A stretch of DNA of 64,000 bases, taken from the NCBI GenBank assembly GCA_036759025.1, contig DAIOVL010000001.1:189807-253806 (forward strand), given 5' to 3'. The first letter of the stretch is position 1. The number at the start of each line of letters is the position of its first letter. The notes under the pieces were generated by a model. The model was not told where the DNA came from. It saw only the letters and a list, made by a program, of their open reading frames with translations, and ran no database searches. The DNA is from Bacteroidales bacterium. Its GTDB lineage: Bacteria; Bacteroidota; Bacteroidia; Bacteroidales; VadinHA17. Both the position numbers and the translations under genes were made by a program. Shown piece after piece: positions 56,935 to 64,000 of this stretch.

Positions 56935-57774
56935 ATGAACGAATGCTACGGAAAGAAATTCATCCTGAACGGCGACCTGATACCGGAATATCAGTTCGAC
57001 AATTCTCTGGTCTATTCAGGGCAGTCTGTTTATGAAGTAATCAGAATGGTGAAAGGAAGTCCTGTCTTCTTCCATGATCATATGGAAAGACTGGCCATAA
57101 GCACACGTCTAATAAGGAAGAAAATGATAACAGACGAGGAAACACTCAGACGTGATATTATCAGGCTTTCGAAAACAGAAAGGAGGAAAGAGGTAAATCT
57201 CAAAATTGTCTTTAATTACAACAGGGATTCACTGAATTACCTCGTTTATTTCATCGAACCGATCTATCCAGATGATGAACAATACAGGAATGGAGTCAAA
57301 GGTATTTTATATTATGCCGAACGGGATGATCCCTCATCAAAGGTAATTAATCACATGCTCAGATCGTCAATATGGCAGAAGCTTATTCTTGAAGGTGCCT
57401 ACGAGGCACTGCTTGTAAATTCAGAGGGACAGGTTACTGAAGGAAGCCGCTCTAACATATTCTTTCTGAAGGGAAAAGAACTGACTACAGCACCCGGCGA
57501 GATCATTTTAAACGGTATAACCAGAAAACATATTCTGGAAATATGCAGGGAAAACGGAATAACCGTCTTTCAGGAATGTGTGGCAGCTGATAAAATTGCC
57601 GGTTATGATGCGGTGTTTATGACCGGCACATCTCCAGTGGTACTGCCGTTTTGCTGCATTGATGACATTACCTTCAGAGTCGATTTTCCAATTATCAGAC
57701 AACTCCGTAACCTTTATATCAGGAGAGCAGAAGAAAGTATAGACCTCTTCAGGAACATCAAAGGTAAAAGATGA
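56935..57774 (+). CDS. PLP-dependent aminotransferase class IV (ADC lyase/BCAT/DAAT-like)
   Basis: VYEVIR, H..RL, catalytic Lys in DPSSK, EGSRSNIF, LNGITR, FMTGTS. Confidence 0.85.
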   Translation: MNECYGKKFILNGDLIPEYQFDNSLVYSGQSVYEVIRMVKGSPVFFHDHMERLAISTRLIRKKMITDEETLRRDIIRLSKTERRKEVNLKIVFNYNRDSLNYLVYFIEPIYPDDEQYRNGVKGILYYAERDDPSSKVINHMLRSSIWQKLILEGAYEALLVNSEGQVTEGSRSNIFFLKGKELTTAPGEIILNGITRKHILEICRENGITVFQECVAADKIAGYDAVFMTGTSPVVLPFCCIDDITFRVDFPIIRQLRNLYIRRAEESIDLFRNIKGKR

Positions 57775-58794
57775 TCAGTTTTTAATAGAGGAAGAGAAAG
57801 AGGTAAAATGTCTGAATATCTGTTTTCCGCATGAAAGGCATTTTCCCTCCTGATCGAGATTTTGAATTTTGATTGAATATCCCGTTCTTTTTACTACCGT
57901 GGCACCGCAACCAGGACAAATAGTGTCCCGCCCTTTTTCTGACGACATATTTCCGATATAAACATGATCGAGATACCGCGAAGCTGTTTCATATAATCTC
58001 AAAACAGTTCCTGCGGGAGTAGGAGGGTCCTCTCTTCTGAACATGGGGAAGTACCTGCTGATGTGAAGCGGAACATCTTTGCCAAGCTCTCCGGCAATCC
58101 ATTCAGCTTCGGAGGCCATTTCTTTATCATCATCATTACGTCCCGGTATTATGAGTGTTGTAACTTCCAGATGTCTGCCTGACCGGGCAATCTGCTTCAA
58201 TGTCTCCCTGACCGGCTCAATTCCGGCTCCGGTAAGTTTCCTGTAGAAATCCGCGTTAAAGGCTTTCAGATCTATGTTGAAGGCATCGATGAAAGAAATA
58301 TATTCTTTCAGCGGCTCTTTATTTACATACCCGTTGCTTACCATTACAGTATGAAGATTTTTCTCCTTTGCCATGATGGCAACATCCCTGACATATTCGA
58401 ACCAGATAACCGGCTCATTATATGTGAATGCCACACCAATGTTATTTACCGTGGCAAGGGCATCATCGATTATTTTTCCGGGTTTTGTTATTTGGGGATA
58501 ACCTTCAAGGATATGCTGGGAGATGTTGTAGTTCTGGCAAAAATCACATCTCATATTACACCCGTACGAGCCGATTGAAAGTATGTTCGTGCCCGGAAAG
58601 AAATGATAAAGGGGCTTCTTTTCCACAGGGTCATATGCATATCCTGAAACAACTCCGTATGTGATAAGGTCAATAGTGTCGCCGATATTCTTCCTGACCC
58701 TGCATACTCCTGTACGGCCTGGTGGGATCTTACACAAATGAGGGCACAGAAGGCAGGTAAGACTATCTTTATTTTTACGGAAAAGAGTGATCAT
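57775..58794 (-). CDS. amrS: AmmeMemoRadiSam-system radical SAM enzyme
   Basis: CLLCPHLC, DPVEKKPLYHF.PG, GCNMRCDFCQN, FTYNEP, NIDLKAF, LH.SRYFP, C-terminal CPGC. Confidence 0.9.
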   Translation of the reverse strand: MITLFRKNKDSLTCLLCPHLCKIPPGRTGVCRVRKNIGDTIDLITYGVVSGYAYDPVEKKPLYHFFPGTNILSIGSYGCNMRCDFCQNYNISQHILEGYPQITKPGKIIDDALATVNNIGVAFTYNEPVIWFEYVRDVAIMAKEKNLHTVMVSNGYVNKEPLKEYISFIDAFNIDLKAFNADFYRKLTGAGIEPVRETLKQIARSGRHLEVTTLIIPGRNDDDKEMASEAEWIAGELGKDVPLHISRYFPMFRREDPPTPAGTVLRLYETASRYLDHVYIGNMSSEKGRDTICPGCGATVVKRTGYSIKIQNLDQEGKCLSCGKQIFRHFTSFSSSIKN

Positions 58795-58921
58795 ACTAAA
58801 CCTGACGGAATGTGTAAAGATACGAAATATCCGGGTCCCGATGTTTCATATTTTTGATACATTTGTACTATAGCTGTAAGGTGCAGTAAGGCCATTGTGT
58901 TGATAATTAAATATATATAAT

Positions 58922-60202
58922 ATGATAAAGCATCTTTACAAGTACATTAATCCCATGTTGCCAGATTGGTTCAGTTCTGTTGCACTGGCTTGTATGATGA
59001 TCCTTATGACTGAATCTGTTACTGCTCAGGGATGGGTGGCAAATCCTGCCGTTGTTGAAAAGCTTTCAAAAGCCCGTCCACAGTTCAACTATTATGAGGA
59101 AAAGGTTCCTGAATACACCCTGCCGGATGTTCTTGCAAATTCTCAGGGAGGAACTTTCTCAAAAGCCCGTGAGTGGAAGAGATCAGGACGGGAAGAAGTC
59201 CTGGAGCTCTTCAGGGAAAATGTCTATGGAAGGATTCCTTCGACACCTTACTTACAGACTTCTAAGATTGTGAATGAGGATCGCGGGGCAATGGGAGGTG
59301 CTGCCACCCTTAAGGAAGTGGATATAATAATTGATTCTGACGGCAGGTCGCTCAGCATAAGACTTACTATGTTCGTCCCCAATAATGTTGGTAAACCGGC
59401 ACCTCTTTTTCTTCTGATAGACAACAGGGGCCCGGTAAATACGGACCCGACCAGAAAAACCCGCAGTGAATTCTGGCCCGCTGAAGATGTAATTGAAAGA
59501 GGTTATGGAATAGCTGTATTTTATAACCGTGATGTTGACCCTGATAATTTCGATAACTTTCAGGATGGCATTCATGGTGTCCTCGACCGCGGTATACGTC
59601 AGGATGATTCATGGGGTACTTTGGCGGCGTGGGCATGGGGTGCGAGCAGGTGCATGGATTATTTCGAAACAGACAAAGATGTTGACGACAGAAAAGTAGC
59701 TGTGCTTGGCCATTCCAGGGGTGGCAAAACTGCATTGTGGGCTGGAGCCACCGACCAGCGTTTTTCAATTGTCATTAGCAATGAATCAGGCTGTGGAGGT
59801 GCTGCACTGGCAAGGAGAAGACTGGGGGAAACCGTGGAAAGAATTAACAGTTCATTTCCACACTGGTTCTGCCTGAACTACCGCAGATTCAACAATAACG
59901 AAGACGCCATGCCTGTTGACATGCACATGCTTCTTGCACTCATGGCACCACGTGCTCTTTACGTCGCATGTGCCGATGAAGATCTGTGGGGAGATCCTAA
60001 AGGATCATACCTTGCTCTTTATCATTCGCTTCCGGTATTCAGGCTTCTGAAAACCAAATCGGATCTTCCGCCTGAGATGCCCCCTCTCGATCAGCCGGTT
60101 ACATCGGGTAAGGTGGGTTTTCACATTCGTACAGGTGGACATAACCTCATTCTGAAAGACTGGAACTGGTTCATGGATTTTGCAGGTCAGATCTGGGAAT
60201 AA
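58922..60202 (+). CDS. Glucuronoyl esterase, CE15 family
   Basis: Y.E.KVP.YTLPD.L, WG.LAAWAWG, GHSRGGK, SGCGG, HWF, APRALYV, R.GGH. Confidence 0.88.
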   Translation: MIKHLYKYINPMLPDWFSSVALACMMILMTESVTAQGWVANPAVVEKLSKARPQFNYYEEKVPEYTLPDVLANSQGGTFSKAREWKRSGREEVLELFRENVYGRIPSTPYLQTSKIVNEDRGAMGGAATLKEVDIIIDSDGRSLSIRLTMFVPNNVGKPAPLFLLIDNRGPVNTDPTRKTRSEFWPAEDVIERGYGIAVFYNRDVDPDNFDNFQDGIHGVLDRGIRQDDSWGTLAAWAWGASRCMDYFETDKDVDDRKVAVLGHSRGGKTALWAGATDQRFSIVISNESGCGGAALARRRLGETVERINSSFPHWFCLNYRRFNNNEDAMPVDMHMLLALMAPRALYVACADEDLWGDPKGSYLALYHSLPVFRLLKTKSDLPPEMPPLDQPVTSGKVGFHIRTGGHNLILKDWNWFMDFAGQIWE

Positions 60203-60259
60203 TCCAGGATGCTGAGATCGATATACTAACCTTTATTACATTTTAATATTTAATCATTT

Positions 60260-61261
60260 ATGATAAAAGTAGATGCAGAAGAGATGAGATCGGTATTCTT
60301 CACGATCCTCCTCAAAACAGGTTACAAAAAAGAAAAAGCCCGTGAGATTGCAGAAATATTTACTACAAACAGCCTCGAGGGAATCTATACGCACGGGGTG
60401 AACAGGTTTCCTCGTTTTATTCACAACACAAGAGACGGATATATAAAGCCTGATGAGGAACCAGTGCTTGTTCATTCGGCCGGATCGCTGGAGCAATGGA
60501 ACGGAAACCTGGGACCCGGGCCGCTTAATGCCCGTTTTGCAACTGACAGGGCTACAAAGCTGGCCGACAATCATGGTATGGGTCTTGTTGCTCTGGCTCA
60601 GACAAATCACTGGATGCGCGGAGGGCTGTATGGCTGGCAGGCGGCATCAAAAGGATATGTCTTTATCGGCTGGACAAATACTATTGCAAATATGCCAGCC
60701 TGGGGAGCAAAGGATCCGCATCTGGGAAATAATCCTTTTGTACTTGCAGTGCCATGGGGGAATGATGCCGTAGTGCTCGATTTTGCGATGTCATTATATT
60801 CGTACGGTAAAATGGAAGCTTACGTCAATGCACAAAACAAGCTTCCGTTACCCGGAGGCTTCAATAATAAAGGAGAACTTACTGATGATCCTGCTGAAAT
60901 ACTTGAATCCTGGAGAACACTGCCGGTTGGTTACTGGAAAGGTGCCGGACTGTCATTGCTGCTGGATATTATCGCCACAATTCTTTCGGGAGGATCATCA
61001 GTATGCTCAATTACCGCACGGAAGGTTGAATATGCCCTGTCGCAGGTATTTATTGCAATAAATATTTCAAAACTTCATAACTTTCCTTCAATTGAAGGTG
61101 TTGTGGGTGAAATTATTGCAGATCTTCACTCATCTGTTCCTGCAACAGATGGAAGCACAATTCGCTATCCGGGAGAAAACGTGAAAAAGATAAGGAAAGA
61201 GTCTGTTGAAAATGGTATTCCTGTTGCGGAAAACATATGGCAGGAAATTCTTGATCTTTGA
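60260..61261 (+). CDS. yiaK: 3-dehydro-L-gulonate 2-dehydrogenase (2,3-diketo-L-gulonate reductase; Ldh_2 family)
   Basis: G...HGVNRFPRF, TNHWMRGG.YGWQAA, WTNT.A.MP.WG, GNNP, GYWKG.GLS. Confidence 0.88.
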   Translation: MIKVDAEEMRSVFFTILLKTGYKKEKAREIAEIFTTNSLEGIYTHGVNRFPRFIHNTRDGYIKPDEEPVLVHSAGSLEQWNGNLGPGPLNARFATDRATKLADNHGMGLVALAQTNHWMRGGLYGWQAASKGYVFIGWTNTIANMPAWGAKDPHLGNNPFVLAVPWGNDAVVLDFAMSLYSYGKMEAYVNAQNKLPLPGGFNNKGELTDDPAEILESWRTLPVGYWKGAGLSLLLDIIATILSGGSSVCSITARKVEYALSQVFIAINISKLHNFPSIEGVVGEIIADLHSSVPATDGSTIRYPGENVKKIRKESVENGIPVAENIWQEILDL

Positions 61262-61290
61262 ATAACAGTTTACCCACGAACGCTTACCGG

Positions 61291-61764
61291 TCAGATCTCT
61301 TCAGACATTTCTTCTGTTATTATATGGTTTATCGCCGCGAACTCAGCAATTGCATTTTTTACCGGTTCGATCAGGTCTGTATAGCTGAGACCAAACCTTA
61401 GTATGGTTCTCTTTTTATGTTCCATAATGAACCTGATGCTCATTGGGTAAAAGTCTATTTTTTTAATTGCTGAAGCCTTGAGAACGACCCTGGGCAGTAC
61501 TGAATTTTGTTTCAATATCACCTCATCGGATCCGATTTCAAGGTATCTCGTTATCCTTCCAAAACCGGCCGCAATCTGATAGGAGCCGAAACCAGCGAGA
61601 AAGACTATGGTAATCCAGAGTGTTGAGTCGTTTTTTATTGATCCGTACTGAAAAATAATCCAGTAAAAGGCGATGATAATGCAAAGAATGCCGAAAACTA
61701 CCTGTGCCGTTCTTACAAACCGGGAACTTTCCCTGGTCTCAAGCAGAAAATATTTTTTTTCCAT
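61291..61764 (-). CDS. Hypothetical membrane protein (2 TM + soluble domain)
   Basis: Two hydrophobic helices followed by a beta-rich region. Confidence 0.65.
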   Translation of the reverse strand: MEKKYFLLETRESSRFVRTAQVVFGILCIIIAFYWIIFQYGSIKNDSTLWITIVFLAGFGSYQIAAGFGRITRYLEIGSDEVILKQNSVLPRVVLKASAIKKIDFYPMSIRFIMEHKKRTILRFGLSYTDLIEPVKNAIAEFAAINHIITEEMSEEI

Positions 61765-61821
61765 TCCTGTAAATCTATTTTTGTGTATATCATGAAACTG
61801 TTCAGAAAGATAGAAAATTTA

Positions 61822-61837
61822 AGTTATCGAAATAACT
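61822..61837. promoter_or_regulatory. Candidate repressor site AGTTATCGAAATAACT
   Basis: 6-bp arms AGTTAT/ATAACT, lying 6-21 bp upstream of a TATGTTTG -7 box (61843-61850). Confidence 0.4.
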
Positions 61838-61895
61838 GCTATTATGTTTGATTTTATTATTTTTATCGGATCAATAAAACTAAATCTACCTGAAA

Positions 61896-63380
61896 ATGAA
61901 AGAAGATTCAAAAAACATTACGCGCCGGTCGTTTATCGGGACAACCGGAGCGGTGGCTGCAGGTTTGACCATACTACCCAGCTCTGTCATAAGCGGACTT
62001 GGCAAGAGAGCCCCGAGCGACAAGCTGAACATAGCAGTTGTTGGTATCGGAGGAATGGGGAATTCAAACTTAAAGGCAGTAAGAGCTACTGAGAACATTG
62101 TTGCCCTCTGTGACGTCGACTGGGGTTATTCAAAGAAAGTCTTTGAAGAAAATCCCAATGCAAAACGTTACTGGGACTGGCGAAAGATGTACGACGAGAT
62201 GGCGAATTCAATTGATGCCGTAATTGTCGCCACAGCTGACCATACGCATGCCATTGTTGCTGCCAATGCCATGGTTCTGGGTAAACATGTATATGTACAA
62301 AAGCCTCTTACACACACTGTATATGAATCTCGACTGCTGACCAAGCTGGCTGCAAAACATAAGGTCGCAACCCAGATGGGCAACCAGGGAGCTTCGGGTG
62401 AAGGTATTAACCTCATAATGGAATGGCTTAATAACGGAGAGATCGGTGATGTGAGCCGGGTGGAAGCATTTACCGACAGGCCTATATGGCCGCAGGGACT
62501 TAATGTTCCCAAGGGAGAGTGGGTGCCTGAAACACTTAACTGGGATCTCTTCATCGGTCCCACAAAGATGAGACCTTACAACAGCCTGTATACACCCTGG
62601 AACTGGAGAGGCTGGTGGGATTTTGGCACAGGAGCACTTGGCGACATGGCATGTCATATCCTTCACCCTGTCTTTAAAGGACTTCAGCTGCAGTATCCGG
62701 TAAGGGCACAGGGCAGCTCGACACTCCTTCTTACAGATTGTGCACCAAATGCACAGATGGTTAACCTGGTATATCCGGAACGGCCTGCTGCAAAGAGAGC
62801 CAAAATGAAACTGCCTCAGGTTGAGGTTATATGGTACGACGGAGGTCTTCAGCCACCGAAACCGACAGGATGGCCTGCAGGAAAGAATATGAATGACGGC
62901 GGTGGAGGAGTTATCTTCCACGGAACAAAAGATAAACTTATCTGCGGATGCTACGGAAGAAACCCATGGCTGCTCTCGGGACGCAAACCTGAACTACCCA
63001 AAACAGAACGCAGGGTTGAGGGAGGAAAACACGAAATGGACTGGGTACGCGCTTGCAAGGAAAGCCCTGAAAACAGAGTGAAGACAAAATCAGACTTCTC
63101 CGAAGCCGGACCATTTAACGAAATGGTGGTTATGGGAGTGCTGGCTGTAAGACTTCAGGGACTCAATAAGGAACTCGAATGGAACGGCGAGAAAATGGAG
63201 TTTACAAACATAAGCGATACCGACAAGGTCAGGCTTACCATCTCCGACAACTTTACAATAATCGACGGTGATCCAAAATTCGACAGACCCAACATAACAA
63301 TCGACGCCAAGGCATTTGCTTCAGAAATGATCAGACATACTTATCGTGACGGATGGTCATTGCCCGATATGCCGGCATAA
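61896..63380 (+). CDS. Tat-exported Gfo/Idh/MocA glycoside 3-dehydrogenase-like oxidoreductase
   Basis: TRRSFIG; PSDKLNIA.VGIGGMG; ATADHTHA; YVQKPL; NWRGWWDFGTGALGDMACH. Confidence 0.88.
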   Translation: MKEDSKNITRRSFIGTTGAVAAGLTILPSSVISGLGKRAPSDKLNIAVVGIGGMGNSNLKAVRATENIVALCDVDWGYSKKVFEENPNAKRYWDWRKMYDEMANSIDAVIVATADHTHAIVAANAMVLGKHVYVQKPLTHTVYESRLLTKLAAKHKVATQMGNQGASGEGINLIMEWLNNGEIGDVSRVEAFTDRPIWPQGLNVPKGEWVPETLNWDLFIGPTKMRPYNSLYTPWNWRGWWDFGTGALGDMACHILHPVFKGLQLQYPVRAQGSSTLLLTDCAPNAQMVNLVYPERPAAKRAKMKLPQVEVIWYDGGLQPPKPTGWPAGKNMNDGGGGVIFHGTKDKLICGCYGRNPWLLSGRKPELPKTERRVEGGKHEMDWVRACKESPENRVKTKSDFSEAGPFNEMVVMGVLAVRLQGLNKELEWNGEKMEFTNISDTDKVRLTISDNFTIIDGDPKFDRPNITIDAKAFASEMIRHTYRDGWSLPDMPA

Positions 63381-63390
63381 CAAATTTCAA

Positions 63391-63430
63391 TGTCGTGGTG
63401 GCTTTCCCGGTCACCACGATACTTTTATTT
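63391..63430 (+). terminator. Intergenic hairpin with U-rich tail (terminator or stabilising stem)
   Basis: TGTCGTGGTGGC-TTTCCCG-GTCACCACGATA 12-bp stem (2 G-U pairs) then CTTTTATTT. Confidence 0.6.
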
Positions 63431-63448
63431 AACAAAAAAGCAATCATT

Positions 63449-64000
63449 ATGAGACTGATAAACATTTTCTTATCATTTGTAATACTAATGGCGATAACTT
63501 CTTGTGCATCTTCAGGTAAGAAAAAGACCGGAGCAGATGATAACTGGATCCCTATCTTTGACGGAAAAACAACGACAGGATGGCGTGGCTATAACAAGAC
63601 AGCATTTCCTGAAAAAGGATGGGAAGTAGTTGACGGAACCCTTCGTTGCATAGGCTCCGGTGCCGGAGAAGCCGGCGGTGGCGGCGGAGATATCATATAT
63701 GACAAAAAACTGGGGAATTTTGAGCTGTCACTGGAATGGAAAATCTCTGAAGGCGGAAACAGCGGGATCTTTATTCTGGCACAGGAAATCCCCAATGAAC
63801 CTATCTATAAGTCATCTCCCGAAATGCAGGTGCTGGACAATGACAGGCATCCTGATGCACGTCTGGGCGTCAACGGAAACCGTATGGCCGGATCACTGTA
63901 TGACCTTATACCCGCAGTTCCTCAGAACACCTTACCAGCAGGACAATGGAATAAAGTTTCCATACTTGTATATCAGGGAACTGTGGTATTCAATCAGAAC
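63449..64000 (+). CDS. DUF1080 (3-keto-disaccharide hydrolase/eliminase family) lipoprotein, truncated by window end; absent from ORF track
   Basis: ATG 63449: MRLINIFLSFVILMAITSC..W..IFDGKT..GWRGY...W.VVDG.L...DII.D....NFELSLEWKIS.GGNSGIF...EMQVLDN..HPD...GSLYD. Confidence 0.9.
   Translation, partial: MRLINIFLSFVILMAITSCASSGKKKTGADDNWIPIFDGKTTTGWRGYNKTAFPEKGWEVVDGTLRCIGSGAGEAGGGGGDIIYDKKLGNFELSLEWKISEGGNSGIFILAQEIPNEPIYKSSPEMQVLDNDRHPDARLGVNGNRMAGSLYDLIPAVPQNTLPAGQWNKVSILVYQGTVVFNQN

Noticed and set aside
57772-57777. Abutting stop codons TGATCA of convergent genes (also 8-bp mltG/murB overlap)
   Set aside because: Ordinary compact convergent gene ends
62208-62921. 237-aa antisense ORF, and other long shadow ORFs (54268-54861, 52500-53030, 44729-45265)
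   Set aside because: All lie opposite well-conserved genes and show no recognisable motifs
1-64000. CRISPR array, tRNA/rRNA, integrase, transposase or prophage genes
   Set aside because: No regularly spaced 25-45 bp repeats, cloverleaf or rRNA-like tracts, or recombinase motifs seen by eye; all repeats are 7-9 nt tandem units or short hairpins

Overview
Chromosomal segment of an anaerobic Bacteroidota bacterium, most likely Bacteroidales. This is inferred from TAnnTTTG promoter boxes, A-rich translation starts, IorAB and Bacteroidales-type gene families. About 57 protein genes are present. I found no rRNA, tRNA, CRISPR array, integrase or transposase. Main blocks: (1) 1-4.3 kb housekeeping: small DNA-binding protein, mqnA, purB and an MsbA-like ABC exporter. 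(2) 4.3-13 kb SusC/D-less pectin enzyme cluster: GH35, GH105, an unclassified lectin + beta-propeller lipoprotein, a stand-alone GH143-like enzyme and GH33. (3) 13-26 kb hexuronate catabolism: uxaC-uxuB-LarA-family epimerase-Gfo/Idh/MocA-gnd-exuT-lacI-uxaE, divergent from kduI-kduD-kdgK. (4) 26-64 kb mixed housekeeping, repair and carbohydrate genes, including a PIN/DUF6364 toxin-antitoxin pair, several small palindromic and tandem repeats, and the start of a 3-keto-glycoside (Gul-type) operon cut by the window end. The strongest candidate for an undescribed system is a Thermotoga-like uronate-to-gluconate-to-pentose-phosphate route. It lacks uxuA, eda and a gluconokinase in the cluster and carries an extra translationally coupled oxidoreductase. 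Also notable are split RG-II enzymes and a palindromic repeat apparently inserted in frame in a glycosyltransferase. All family assignments come from motif recognition by eye, not database searches.
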